A DNA stretch of 64,000 bases from contig OX597823.1 of the NCBI GenBank assembly GCA_951406725.2, positions 100,502,001 through 100,566,000 on the forward strand, in the 5' to 3' direction. The notes beneath the pieces were generated by a model. The model made no database searches, was not told where the DNA came from, and saw only the letters and a program-made list of their open reading frames with translations. Positions 1 to 14,369 of this stretch are shown here, in pieces. The DNA is from Octopus vulgaris. Taxonomy: Eukaryota. A program made the position numbers and the translations under genes. Each line of letters opens with the position of its first letter. Positions within the stretch are counted from its first letter, which is position 1.

Positions 1-525
1 GACATGTTCGTTCGAAACGCCTGTCACAGAGCAAAGGGAAACGAGTAGAAGCAAAACGACGAGAAACGGAGAAAACTAGTGAACCAACTAAAAAATATGT
101 TTGTGGACTGATGTGTGTGTGTACAAAAAAACAGAGAGGCAAAAAAATTTTTTTTTTTGTAAGAACAATTTTTTAAAATAATGTACTGAGTGCGGTGGAG
201 AAAACTTTTTGTAAGCACTAAGTCCACTCTGCTACAATTGGTGTTTGGAAGGGCATCTAGCTGTAAAAACCTTGCCAAAACGGACCTCACTTGTGCTATG
301 TAAAAAGCACTAAGTCCACTCTGCTGGATGGTTGTTGTTAGGAGGAGCATTCAGCTGTAAAAATCCTGCCAAAAAAAGTCACAGATGTCTGACGCAGGCT
401 TCTGCCTGGATGACTCTTGTCAAACTGTCCCACCCATGCCAGCATGGAAGGCAGACATTAAACAATGATGATGATATTCATATTAATTGTTAACATTTGC
501 TTAAGTTGTTAATATTTGATTGTAG

Positions 526-578
526 CTTGTGTCTGCTCAAGTTCTGAACTAAAGCCTCTGCCTAGTAATGCAGACAAT
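526..578 (+). CDS. Candidate upstream exon of the same plus-strand gene (x-CVCSSSELKPLPSNADN)
   Basis: tgtAG acceptor, GTtagt donor; ends in phase 0, compatible with the 8213 exon; no homology recognised. Confidence 0.25.
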
Positions 579-1759
579 GTTAGTGTTAACTTTATCCTTT
601 ATGGCACATTTCTTCTATTGCAGTATTTCATTTAACATTTGAGAAAATGAATGCTTGAAATCAGGACATTTTTATTGATACTGTGAATGAAATGGGGAGG
701 AATTTTACTAGGATTGAATACACTAATTTCCATATCAGTGTTTATCTAGGCAGATATATCAACTTGATAAACCTTAATCGTCAGATAGTAAACATTAGGG
801 ATGAACATTCTTGGACAATATTTTCAGTTATGACCTGACAATCTACTTCTCACTTATGGTTACATTGTAAGTTACAAGCAATCTCACAAGTGCTGGTACC
901 ATGATAAAATGCACTTGGTACATTCTGTAAAGTGGTTGGCATCCGGCTGTAGAATCCATACCAAAGCTCAGATGCTCTAGTGAGGTGTTGTCTTCCAATC
1001 TGAGAGCACAATAACCCCAAATAAGAACTAACTTGGACCATAATGAGCCATCGAACTCAGCACAGAAAGCATATCATGATTATATGTCTGTGTGTACAGG
1101 AACACTTGTAAATATAGGTATTATCTCTTTAATTTCTCACCAATGTAGAAAATGCAGGTCTCTAGCTGAAAAACAAGCTTTTCATTGGGACATGGGCAAT
1201 ATCAACAGATAATTATTTATGTATGCAGATATCTATGTACATATATGTATGCAAGCTTGGTTCTCATTACATCTGTATGTTTTTCACTTACACTACTTTG
1301 TCCACATGTATATATACACTCATTTACATACTGCTTTTCTGGAATGGTTTACATATTTTCAGTTTTATTAAGTTTGTAACTATAATTTCCTAATTAGTTG
1401 TTTTCTCTTTTGACTTTCTGAAGCTCTGTTTCTAAATTACTAAAACAATTATCCAAGTGTCCCAATAATTACTGGTATAATCATGTGAAGTAACCGTAGA
1501 CTTCTTTTTTAGTTCACTAATCTCCAACATAGTTAACAAACGCAGGGCTATTGATCTTTCTTCTGTCCCACTTCACATTTTTCTTTTATCTTGTCACATC
1601 CCTGAATCTCATACTATTCACGGGATTATCCTGTCTATAGATTGCATTGTACAATGTTTTAGTCATAGTAGGTAGATAACACTGTGATTAAATTTTCAAA
1701 CAACTGCTTATAATGTGGGTTGCAGTCTTGTTTTCTTTCACCTGGATTGGCCAGGCTGT

Positions 1760-2330
1760 CTGGTGACAAGTTGGTTCCATTGGTCACAGCATTCACTCCA
1801 CTCCCTTCATACTCTTGTCATTCTCCTCCACATTGCTCCTAACGTTTTTTCTTAAATCATCTTCCCACCTTATTGAAGGAATTCCGAGTAGTCACTTCTG
1901 CTCCTGTGGGTACCACTTGACAACTACATGGGCCCACCAATTGTCTGTGAACTTGGCAACATGGCTGGCCCGTCGTAGCTTTGCATGGTGGCATTCTGTG
2001 ATGATGTCCTTCACTCCAGTTCGATCCTTGGTCACCTCATTCTAGATGTGATCTCTTAGCCAGGTTCCCAACATCGACCTTTCCATAGCTCTATGCTGTA
2101 AGCAGAGGTTGTTTTCTCTTCGTCAAGGCCCAAGTCTCACATGCATGGAACATTGCAGGCAAGACTGTGCTGTTGAAGAGATTGGCATGAGTTGCCTAGT
2201 CTAAGTTCACCTTCATCACATCCTTCGCCGAATTGAATGCTCTCCATCCTGCTCTTACTCTTCACGAGATCTCATTCTTCATCTCTCGCCTCATAGACTA
2301 AGGTACCTCTTCTATTTCATTACCTCCAAC
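1760..2330 (-). mobile_element. Decayed RTE-clade LINE 3' fragment
   Basis: Minus-strand translation gives FNSTVLPAMFHACETW and ASHVAKFTDNWW (resembling the WAGHVAR motif), typical of an RTE ORF C-terminus; boundaries approximate. Confidence 0.65.
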
Positions 2331-2399
2331 TGTTTTTTTTTAACTGATTTAAATGTAAGGGTTAGGATCTTGAAAGCAAGTCTTATTTCTTTGTCTTAC

Positions 2400-3480
2400 T
2401 TATCAGTTCCAAGCGCTTTTTCTACCTTTTCCTCTGATGGGATGCTGTATAGATAGCTGGGCAGGAACATGGAAGCTGTTTCTCTTGCTTCCATATTCAT
2501 ATCAATGCAACATCTTTGGCTGTAAATTAGTATATTCACACATGTAATGTTAAACTTGAGGGATGGTTGAGGTCTCCAACTTACTAACTTTGGGATCAGC
2601 TGGTGCTTCAAATGTACAGGAAGAGGCAGTAGCATCACACTGCAGAGAATTGACACTAATTGAGGCCTTGGGTGATTCAGCAACTTTACCTGCCATTTCA
2701 GGTAACTCAGAAACTGCAGGTATTCCAGTAATATCATAAACTTCAGCTTCAGTCAACTGCCGGGTCACAGGGTCTTCCATCCAGTGTTTACAAGAACACG
2801 ACCATTTTTTCTAAATGTATTCAGTAGACGTACTTTGTCCTTTGTTCAATATTACATTGAGCCCCCTGGAACCTGACGAGCATCACATTTCAAGAGGTGG
2901 AAAGCAGCCCTTAATTCAGTGGGAGACATTCTACTGGTTGAATGTGGAGGGATTCTGAAAGAGAATCAGAACCTGTTCACTTTAGTTTCCAGAATCCCTT
3001 TCCTGCCCAACTTCAGCCTCTTTATTGCCATGTTTTTCATTCGCATTATCCATTTTACATACCATTACTGCTCCTGTTCCACAAGCAAAAGCATCTGAGA
3101 ATGTCTGAGAATGAATTGGTTTGGATGGGTCAAAGATTCAGATTCTTGATCACTTGGAAATCCCTTTCTTGATTTGCATTTCAGATTTAGACTTATCTTT
3201 TTTTCTTTTTTAAAACAAGCAATTCATGTGTCTCAATGACTGTTGACAAACCCAGGAAATGATGATAGTTCAATGTCCCAAAGTAAGCTTTCAATTCAGT
3301 CTTTGGTGTTGGAGCCTCTTTGAACCTGTGGACCTCTTAGATCCTCCAGAACAACAGGCTTTCTCTAAACAGCCTAATTGTTTGTTTTCCTCTTAGCTCA
3401 CTCCCATCACTAGCATGTCATCCAGGAATGTACTGTACCATATCTTCCTTAGTTTTTTTTCCCCCCTTACAATGTCATTT
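2400..3480 (-). mobile_element. Heavily deleted Ty3/Gypsy pol remnant
   Basis: FLDDMLVMG (RT catalytic motif) near 3430-3405; APTPKTELKAYFGTLNY (RT thumb); LETKVNRF..FRIPPHSTSRMSPTEL (integrase C-terminus); many stops and frameshifts. Confidence 0.7.
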
Positions 3481-3539
3481 CGCCTGTGGGTAATTGCAGC
3501 ACATGGCCTATAAGCTGTATCTACCACTTACTCACCATG

Positions 3540-6390
3540 TCCTGGATCAGGAAAATGAAATAGTTGAGGAAGGAAAAGATCAGCCTAAAAAACTGATGGA
3601 AATGTGCTGCGGATGACAAAAAACCTGGCCTTGTGCTGCTGTGTGACGATTTAAAAAGGAAATGCTGTTATGTGCAACAACATATGAAGGATGAAAGGAA
3701 AGTAAAAGGACTTGAGGGCAGTTTCTGAAGGACCTGTACAGGGTTACTAAGAAGCTGTTCACTGAACCGAAGAGTGGCACTTTATTGTGCATAAAAGAAG
3801 AATTGGATGCCTCTCATATCAAAGAAACCTACAGCGATCCACACTGTAACCAGCCACTGTCACCTCTAAATGTGCTAAAGCATCTCTTAGAACCTGATAT
3901 CGAATTTCAAATTGGGGACATCAGGGAGAAAGAGGTGAGTGATTTCATGAGAAAAGCTAGAGCAAAGATTGCCCCAGGAGCTGATGGCATCTTGTATAAA
4001 GTATACAAATATTGCAATCGTCTGTGAAAGAAGCTTTGTCCTGCTCAGACAGCTGTGGTGCGAAGAGACTGTAGTAGAGGATTGGTAAAAGGCATACATC
4101 TGCCAAAGGAGGCCAATGCAGAAACTATAAAACAGTTTAGGCTGATATCCTTATTGAATGTGGAAGGCAATGGGAATTCTGTCGAGAAGAATAGTGACAT
4201 ATTTACAGAATAACAGATATGTTGATGAATCTGTTCAAAAGGCTGGAATCCCCGGGATCCCTGGGTGCATAGAACACTGTTTTTCGATTTGGAAAGTGAT
4301 CCAGGATGCCAAACAGAACAAGAAAAGTCTGAACGTGGTATGGCTTGACCTAGCTAACGTGTATCGTTCAGTGCCACACGAATTACTAATAAGAGCCATG
4401 GACCACTTCCACATTCCTGACAAAGTGATCAAATTAATGAGGACAGTTTTGAGATGAGGTTTACAGCTGGAGATTTTACAACAGATTGGCACCGATTGGA
4501 GATTGGCATTGCTGCTGGCTGAACAATATCTGTCATGTGGTTTATCTTAGTCTTGAAAGCTGTGGATTTTTTGGCACAAATCACCCAAGAAGGCCTTCAT
4601 GAATGACTTGACAAGTAAATCATGCTGAGTGTCCTCTTGAGACTAGATGAGCTTGTGAAGTGATCAAGGATGTGATATAGAGCAAAAACGCAGCATAGTC
4701 TGACATTTATTTAGGGAGTGCAAAAAGAAGTTAAGTTTCAAATAGCTGAAGAAAGTATTCCAACAGTCAAGGAAGAACCTGTCAAGAGCTTGGGGAAAGT
4801 ATATGCTGGAACATTGTCCGGTAGGAGTTGCGGAATGGAAATTATGAAATAAGCCAAGGTTAGATTATCATCAATTGATAACTCAGTTACCAGGTAAACA
4901 TAAAATTTGGTGCTTACAGTTCAGCTTGCATCAGTGATTTTCAAGGCCACTTTTAATATATGAGGTGTTCATTAGAAAGTGGCTAGGCCTACCTCTGATG
5001 TTGAATAGTTCAGCTCTTTATCATAAGAGAGGCTCATTGAAGTTACCACTGGTGTCAATAGTTAAAATTTATAAACAAGGAAAGGTACGAATGGTGATGA
5101 TGCTGAGAGTTGAAAGACATGGAAATCAGGTGTAATCCACCAGATGTAAAAATGGCCAGGAAATGGAAGGCAGAAGCAGAGACTGATGACATTCTGTCTT
5201 ACACACCGAGACATGGTTTTGGTGCAGATCGGTTCAGACTGTTTGCAAGTATGATCCAGAGTAGATCTGTTGTTAGCAACAGCGTCCAAACAAGAGAAGC
5301 AGAGAGAAGAGAGAGCTTCATTTGATCCAATGCACTCAACAAGGACAGATGACAAGATGGGAGGAAAAATAAGCTGAAATGAGATATGGAGGTGGACCAC
5401 ATCTCGGCTATGTTTTCTGATTCATTCATCCTATGATGTTTTGCTATCACCTGCAAATCTAGTAAGATGGAACATCTCTGAGAATGATATTTGCAAATGT
5501 GGAAAGGTTGGAACACTGAAACATATTCTTTTCAACTGTTCACTAGCATTGAATAAGTATACATGGAGACAACCTGATCCTTAAGGTTATCTTCAATGCT
5601 ATAAAGAACCAAATTGGTCTCAACAACAATGAAAAAAAACTGTTCAAGGTACCACCTAGAGATTTCATTACCTTTGTGCACTCAGGACAGCAGAGCCATT
5701 TCAAGAAGAAACTTCCTGTGAATGATGAAAAGTGGAATGGCTATTGAGAGGTGGCGGCAGATTTACCAGGGTGCCAGGGACTCTTTTTCATCCCAGTTAT
5801 GAAAAAACCGGACGTTTTAATGTGGTGTGAAAGAAAGTTGTGAATCTAGTGGAGTTAACGGTTCTTTATGAAGATAACCTGGATGCTGCTTGGGCTCGAA
5901 AGATTGGCTGTTATGTAAACCTCCTCGAGGAATGTGAAGACACAGGCTGGAAAGTGGAGCAGTTTCCAATCAAAGTCGGATGTAGAGGGTTTGTTGGACA
6001 CTGTTGTTATCGTTAGGCCTAACTCATCGTAAAGTCAATACCACCATGACCGATATCCAAACTACAGTGGAAAAGGCTGGTCACTGGATTTGGTTAAAAA
6101 GAAACTCTGAGCAATGGCTAGAAGAATATTGAGCTTTATTTGATAACCAGCTGATCTAGCAAGCAGGGCTTCATATCAGTGAGAGGGACTGGTGCACATT
6201 GATGCCAACAAAAGGTAGGCCCTGAAACGGTGCGCATTCTCTCCTGATGACCCCATACACTTGCTGGCTCCCGGTATGCAGAGCTTTCAGCTGGTAGCAC
6301 TTGTATGTGCCAGTTGTTAAACTCTTTCCTTTAACTGCATTACAGCCTAATATTTTGGTAGTTGGTTTAACAACTGCCATCCAGTGAATT
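3540..6390 (+). mobile_element. Decayed non-LTR retrotransposon with RT and restriction-like endonuclease (HERO-like, R2 group)
   Basis: PGADGILYKVYK, FRLISLLNVEG, VQKAGIPGIPGCIEH, WLDLANVY, AFMNDL, RKWLGLP, CCHC finger CKCGKVGTLKHILFNC, KPDVLMW..ELTV.YED, PIKVGCRGF. Confidence 0.88.
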
Positions 6391-7671
6391 AGTATCTCAA
6401 GTTATAATTATCTGATTGTTAAATTCGTCTTTTGTTATCCAGATGTTACCTAGGGATACCTGAAGAGTTCCAACACCCACATCGACTACAAATAGCAAAA
6501 TAATACTTTTAATATAAATTAAGGGGAGTCAAAGTAATTTGTGATATGTCTGCTTTCCATTCTGTGATGGGTATATTGAAGCCAAATCCTGCCAGGAGCA
6601 ATTTTTGTTGACTCCAGAATAGTAATTGACATTTCTTCCCAGTTTAGAAATACACATATTGAACTAAAATCAATACAAGCTGAAACTTTCAATAAACCCT
6701 TCATAAACTGCTTTGTATATTTCTCCATTTCTGCTGTAGTTCTTTATATAAGAAACCTTTTACTTTCAGTGACAGCATTTCCACACCCCAACTACTGGCA
6801 TTCCTGAGTTGTTTTACCTTATTGCAGCATTCTGAAGTTATCATTCTATTCTCTAAGTTCTGCTAGAAATGTATTCAGAGTTTGACAATTTTTTTCATTT
6901 CTTCTCTCTTTTCATTGATTTTACATTGAAGCAATTGCAATGTTTCTCCTGACCCCTTTTCATGTTTCACTACTGTTGTGGTGTTGTATCTTGCCAGTCA
7001 GATCTGTAGAATATATCCTTTTACTTCTCATCCCTGTCTCTTTGTATCATCCTCAGTACTTTAGCTTATTCCAGAGTAATAATTAAAATATCATTCATTC
7101 AATCTGAGCTTTATTCAACCCTCAAATGTTCCAACTATTGAAGTTTTTCTGTTTAATCTTATTTCATTTTCAATTTTTCTTTTATGAATTTATCAGATTC
7201 ACAACATGGCTTTATATTTTGTTTTAATATCCTGCCATGCTTAATGTGCAGGTATGCTTACGAGGTTGAGAAGCTTGTTTCCTAGTTGTGGTCTCTGCTT
7301 CACTCCCACCGTACACCATCGTGGGCAAGTGTCTTCTATTATAGCCCAGGCTGACTGTAGTTGTCTCAGTGAATTCAGTAAACAGAAATTGAAAGAAACC
7401 CATTGTGTCCCCTTGTCTTGAGATCACAATGATTGTAAATGAGTAGCTTTGTCACAAGAGACTAGAAACAATGAACAAGTCTAGCTATGGGGAAATATTA
7501 CTTTGCTTGGAAACCAGTGAAGGTTGGTGACAGGAAGAGCATCTGGCCATCAAAAGTTTACCTCAAATTGTCTGACGTATGCTAGTTTGGAAATGTAGCT
7601 ATAAAATGTTCATGATCTACTCAGCTCTGAATCATTTCATATGTAATTTTTTTCTTTTAAATATATCAGTC

Positions 7672-8130
7672 ATCCATCATCGTTTAATGTCCGTTTGCCA
7701 TGCTAGCATGGGTTGGACGGTTCGACTGGGGTCTGGGAAGCCAGGTGGCTGCACCAGGTTCCAGTCTGATCTGGCAATGTTTCTACAGCTGGATGCCCTT
7801 CCTAACGCCAACCACTCCGTGAGTGTAGTAGGTGCTTTTTACGTTCCACCGGCACGGGCCAGGGAGGCTGGCAACAGCCATAATCAGTTGGTGCTTTTTA
7901 CATGCCACAGCATGGAAGCTAGTCAAGGCAGCGCTGGCATCAGCCATGTTTGGATGGTGCTTTTTATGTGCCACTGGCACGGGTATCACAACTACAATTT
8001 CCATTTGATTTTCATATTTGTGTTGATGTACTTGACTCAATAGGTCTCCTCAAGCCCTACGATCCAAGGTACTTTTGAATGGACTGGGGCTGGTTATGTG
8101 AGACTACAGCCGCGAACTGACTTTATTTGC
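7672..8130 (-). mobile_element. RTE LINE 3' end / RTE-tailed repeat ending in (GAT)n
   Basis: Reverse complement of the family at 27480-27830 (aggaagggcatccagctgtagaaac...catgctagcatg...gatgatg). Confidence 0.8.
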
Positions 8131-8212
8131 CATAGATGAAATCTTGTCTTTCTCCTTCTGAGCTGGTTGAAAGTCCTTGCAGACCATTTTTGTTTTCTCG
8201 CTTTCCTTCCAG

Positions 8213-8380
8213 ATTGTCTTCATTACAACTGATGAGCATCGTCCACCCTTTACTTTATTGGATGGCGGACATTGCTGTATTCCTCCACCCATAGCATGTC
8301 CAAATTCACCATCCTCACCAAGCAAGCTTGCTAGTGACCCAATCATGCAACAGATTGTACTGGGGTTCCCAGTAGTATAA
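8213..8380 (+). CDS. Probable terminal coding exon of an unidentified gene convergent with OCRL (IVFITTDEHRPPFTLLDGGHCCIPPPIACPNSPSSPSKLASDPIMQQIVLGFPVV*)
   Basis: Strong polypyrimidine tract and cAG at 8188-8212; 55-codon protein-like frame ending in TAA; followed by about 3 kb of AT-rich, 3'UTR-like sequence; not recognisable as a transposon. Confidence 0.55.
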   Translation: MVFITTDEHRPPFTLLDGGHCCIPPPIACPNSPSSPSKLASDPIMQQIVLGFPVV

Positions 8381-11300
8381 GAGAAACCTGATATTATTTA
8401 ACTGACTTTAAATTAACCTTTTAAATGCTGTCATTATGTAAGTGTAATGTATGGCTAATTTAAGTCTATTCTAACTCTTGATGTGGAGATATTTTCTAAA
8501 TTTTCAACCAATTAAATTTTACTAAAAACAAAAAAATTGCATTATCTCTGAATACGTCTCTCCTTATAAAAGTTGATCTTGTAACTCCTTAGGTATATTG
8601 TTGCTAACAGAATCATTTTGCAGCAAATATAGATTTATTGGTAAAATGTAGCAGGGCTATGATCTGAAGGTTGAGTGTTCTTTGTAATTGAAAGAAAATA
8701 GTAAAATCTCAATTTTGGATCTTTATATAAATTGTCTTGGTTCAACTTTATGCCTTTTGAAGTGGTTTCCCTTTTGTTATTAGATTTCTGTTAAAATCTG
8801 TTTTTTGTTCCAATTCATTTTAAAAGAAATGAAGAATTTAATAAAAAATGTCTTATTTAGTGTTTGAAACACAAATAAAACTTGAAATTTTGATGGAAGT
8901 CTTTAATTTAAAATGAGAAGTTTTATATTGTGGAACTAGGGTGGTTTCAGACAGGTTGTTATCAGAAGGGTTGAAATTCAATTGAAATAGACTGAACTGA
9001 TTTGTTTTAAAATAGTTTTCATGGCTTTATTTAGTGAGTTGGGTCAGTAAAAAGTAAAGAATGCAGAAATATTTGAGTAATGCCTGATTTATTATTCTTC
9101 AATCTCAATTTTGAAATCAAGACCATAATCTCTGAATTAATGACACTATTTTAACTCTACATTTTTAAATATTCAAGCATAAAGGCTCAACTGAAAACTA
9201 TGCAGTAATGTGGGACATAAAATTCTAGTTAAACACTCAGCAAACATATTAAACGAATTTTCTAATGAATTAATCATTTCTTGATCTAACAATTTATTGG
9301 AGTATTGATCTTAGTTTCTATAAGTGCTTTATTTCATTGGTATTAGGTACTACTTACATATAAAACTCCATATAAGGAGAGGCATACTGAGGTTTTATTT
9401 ATTTATTTTTTTCAGTAGGTAAAAGGAAAAAAGATTAAAAGTAACAGAAAGCATTGTTTGTGAGAGAAACTTCTGACTGAGCTTCATGTCCTCAAGTTTA
9501 AACAGTTGTTAGTCAACATTTGCAGGTATGTTGAACTGTTGCCATTCCAGAGTTTTTGGAAATGTTGCACATTCCAGATTCTTTCATTGCAAAGTTTAGA
9601 GGGACCTTGCACATGCAACAAGCAGTTCTTCCGCCATTGAGCAAGGTAGACTTTGGAGGAAAGACTGAGTGTAAGTGTTAGCGTGGGGGAAGAGGGTTGG
9701 ACGCGAAAAGTTGAGGTGGAAAGAGAAGTAGATCAGTGGGGAGGTGGAACAGTGGTGGATTTACCAGACCTGTGAGCTTGGAGGAACAGAGGCAATAGAA
9801 AAGGTAAAATTTTTTAAGGAACTGCTCCTGGTTCTATGAGACAAACTTCCTGTTTTAATGTGATTCTAAATTGAAACTGTTCATCAAAATTTCATGTTAA
9901 ATTTAAGATATATAAAAAGAATAGTTTAATAATGTTCCTAAATTCTTCATTTTCAAAATTAGTTGAAACAATAGCAGTGCATTCAATGGAAATATGGTTA
10001 ATAAGAAAGATTAAATATGTGGAAGGATGGTTTTAGATGAAGGAATTGTGCAAGATGGATAACAAGAAAAAAGGTACAAATATTCAGTTGAATAATTTTT
10101 ATTTTGTTACCATAATTTAAAAGAAATAACTTTGGAGAGAGTTAGATTACAATTGAGCATGTCTATCCATTGGGATAATGATAGTAACGTTTTTAGATGT
10201 GAGAAAATCTGGTTTAGGACTTGTGACTTTTTTTCTCTTCCCCCAAATCATTTTGTGAAGTTTAAATGAATAGAACTACTACTACTACTACTACAATTGC
10301 TGCTGTTGGTGTTTCAAGAGAGCAATAAGATTCTGGCCTTGAGCAAGTTACTTTATTCTGTCATGGTAGTTTCACTTTATAAAAGGAGTGAATTGGTTTG
10401 CATTTCAATCTAAATTGTCCATTAAGATTTAAAAGGGAGGTTCTTAACCGGGATAGTAGCACCCCTTTGGAGGGTGAATGTGAGCTGACAAGGAGGTGGT
10501 GCTGGTTGCTTTAGAGGGGGTTGTGATTTTTCTTAGAAATAATTTGTTGCTGAGCTACAAAGGTTAAAACTACAGATTTAAAGTAAATAAAATGCAGGAT
10601 AACTAAAGGGCAGAGATATTGAATGTGGATATCTGATTTTTAAAGGGGACGCTGAACTCAAAGATGTTTCCAGAAAGTTTAAGACAAGAATCTGCTTTCT
10701 TAATGAAGCTAATAAGTCATTGTAGAAAAGAAAAATTAAAAATGCAATATAATTTAGTGATTATAATACTCTCTTGATTAACAAACAAGCTACATGCATG
10801 TAACATAGTCTTCTATGAATTATCTCATTAGCCCACTTCCAATAATAGCAGTTGAATGATTAGAGTGATCTATAAATGGAGATATACTTCCGAGGGACAT
10901 TGAACATTTTAAATAAATTGAAATAACTCCAACTTGGGAAAGAAACTGGGTCCTAATATAACACTTTCCACCAGAAAATGGCTGTTAAAATAGGACCCAC
11001 AAAAACATACAACCCTTAAAAAAAAAAAGAGCTTAGATGTAGGCATTGTTAATCAACAAATATGTCTGAAGCAATCCATCTAAAAATATTTCCTTCTGTT
11101 AATCGAGTGAAATGCTGTAATAGTTACTTTTGGCCATTAGAATAATCTTGCTTCAAAAGTGAAATTAATAATATTTTTGTTTCTAGGATACAGTTAATGT
11201 CATTTAAGTTCCAAACTGTAGTTTCAGGTCCAGTCTTACTGCATGGCATCTATAGGTAAGGTTGACCAATCACAAGAGCATCTCCTGTTGATGACATGTG

Positions 11301-12129
11301 ATGTCACATCATCATATGGTGTCTTTCATTTCCAGTATCCCTCAAACATCTCGTGATGAGGAAGGTTGGTGACAAAAAATGCATCCAGCTGCAGCAAACC
11401 TGTCTCAATGAATTCCATCTGATCCATGCAAACATGGTAAAAACGGATATTTGTTTCAAGGAATACTTCTATTGACATCTGCAAGTAACTTTTTTTCTTT
11501 TACTGTCAGGATAATTGATATTAACAGCATGTATGCTTTAAACATGGCCTCTGTGACTGGGTTAGTACTTTTGTGGTACACTGTGTATTGCTGCTAGTTT
11601 TGTGATACAACCTGAAGTCTAACTTTTTATACAATGAAAGTGTGTGTATGCACATATAATTAATTTATTAATTGGCAGAACTTAGTGACCCAAGGGTTGT
11701 CTTTTGTGCATTGATAAGTGCCAATCTCTGAAACTCACGGCACTTGAGTTACTCTGACTCCAGTTAATAAAAAAAATTATACTTGTGTTTTGGATTATAT
11801 TTGACACAAACAGGAAAATGTGTGTATATATATATACACACTCACATACATAGTGATTTAACATCTACTTGTCCACATTTGGCTCAGATGAAAATTTGTT
11901 GAGGTAACCCTTTCAGTTTCCAAGCAAGGGGAATACATGACCTGACATGATTTTCACAATGAACACTGCTTGTAATGACAGTGATGCTTGTCAACACACA
12001 GATATGAGAGACTTCAATTTCTGTCCACCAAACCCACCCAAGCTACACAACCATGGTGCTGTGCAGTGGAACTGAACCTGAGTCCACATGACTGTTGGAA
12101 AGAAAGTTTCTTAGCAAGCCGCACATATA

Positions 12130-12230
<101 letters not shown>

Positions 12231-14369
12231 AAAGTGAGACCAAACAGAAGCTTGTTTATACATTTCAAGAAAACAATTTTCACGATTGTTAAGAGCAAGC
12301 TCGTGTGTCTGTATTTTAATTTTTCTTAAAAGCATCAAACTCATCTTCAGTAACTTTGGAAGCCCTGTCCTGAATTTTCACAACCTGGAATAAGTTTTGA
12401 ATAATCACAGCAATACATGCTGTAGGATATATAAGCTTACAACTTGAAGAGGGGAGCACCAGGTGTCTGATATGTTATATAAACGTCTTTCTGATATATA
12501 TATATATAATCACAGTAGCTGTGTTAGTTCAGATTTGAATTTAGCTCTAGAAAAATGCTTGGCACACGTAGTTCACCTACACTTTCAATTTTAATAGAAT
12601 ACATTACAAACAACGACGTTTATTAAAATCCATCTCTTGTTGTTCAATATAATCTCAAAGGAATAAATATCGAGAAACTGTTGAAGTGTCTGAAAATAGA
12701 TGCTTGGACAATTGTCTCAACACACAAAGACAAACTGCTTCAGTTTCACAAGATATGTTTTTACTATGTACAAAAATCATTCATTGACAGTTAAATGTGT
12801 TCAGAGAATATAGAGGTTGGAAAGTATTTCAAAGCTGTTCACTTTTAGTGTTCCTTTAATCAAAATAGTTTTTGTTCTCTATTCTGTAATGAACATGGGC
12901 TCAAAGAAGAAAATTAAATAAATATGGTAGTGAAGGTTAAATGCTTGAGTGACAACATAAACGACTTCATTGTCCTTCTTAAAGATGGGAAGATTAATCC
13001 TGAAGGGTGGTCATGGTAAGTAAGCCTCTCTTATCCAGTCTGTATTGCGTCATGTGTGCTATTTAAGTCATATTAAGATGAGAGATTTCCCTCCCCAGTA
13101 GACAGAAATACATTTTGTTAACGACAAAACCCTGAAAAGTTTATAATCACTCAGATGGTCATCGTTTAACATCTGCTGATTCACACTTTTCCCATTCTAA
13201 GATGTTTTGAACAAAAATATTTATTGTACAGTTTCCCCATCTGTGCAGACAGTTCATGAACTAATCCGATATTTTTAAACTTCTCTTCAACCTTGATAAT
13301 TTATATTTTTTCTCATTTTATTATTTCTCTTTTCATTCATTCTTTCCCGTAACCTCTTGGCATTGATTTATAAATAATAATTTTGATCAGAAACTTAATT
13401 TTAAGGGAAAGAAGATAGTGAATATAATTTATACCAGAATAAATTACTGGTATCATTATCATCAATCTCTTAAGTATGAAAGACTTTTAAGTTTGGTGCT
13501 TCTCTTTTGAGAATGTAACTATCATCATGGACCTTCAGTTAATTTAAGTAAAAGGGCAAGGAAATGAATTCACTTCATAGACTCTAACCAGTTCATCATG
13601 GCTAGGACTTGATTTCATCAACCTGCAGGGGGAATTAAAAGGCAAAATTGATTGTGGCAGGATTTTAACTCAGAATATAAAGAGAAATATAGTTTTGCCC
13701 AACACTAATGGTTCTGTCAATCCACCCCACCTCCCTAATAATAAATTAGTTATAAAACTTCTTAATACTGAGTAAAGGATGACTTTCTTGACAGCATTAG
13801 GTCCCTGGGTGAAGTAATTCCTACAAGAGATTATATCAAGTTTGAACTCAGTCTCACCACATGGCCACCAGAGATGTTAATTAGCAAAGTTTTATATATA
13901 TTAGACATCAAGTCTGAGATTTTAATGATGTTGAGAGGAGGGGCATTTTTTTTCTTGTTCCTCGCCACTTATTTAATGTAACTGAAATAATTTCATTTGT
14001 ATGGAAACCTAAATTATACAACTTCCAACTGTATTACAGCACAACCAAATAAGGATTTCTTACACCAGCTCAGTCATGAATTTGGGGAATAAAACTTAGC
14101 GTATGACTGGTATTTATTAACCAGCAGACAGAGAAGTCAATCAGTTGACAACCTGGCAATAATCTGAAATGTAAAGGGACATAACTACAGTCAATCTGCT
14201 TCAACTGTTTGTTAACCACTGCCTGATACAAGGTGGGGTCAGTCTGCTCCCACTTTGCAGCTATAGATTTGACAGCAGAGAAAGGAATGCAACTAAGTAT
14301 AGAAAGGTGTGTACACATATAATTTGATGCTCTATTTCTGCCTCTTATTCTTGTTCACTCTTAATAATG

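Noticed and set aside
2396-2780. ORFs of 113 and 76 aa that look like a cellular gene
   Set aside because: They lie directly downstream of Gypsy integrase remnants on the same strand and are best explained as the low-complexity end of pol.
9465-9510. Possible degenerate hammerhead ribozyme core (ctgactga...ttaaac)
   Set aside because: The CUGANGA and GAAA boxes are both imperfect and I could not establish the stems.
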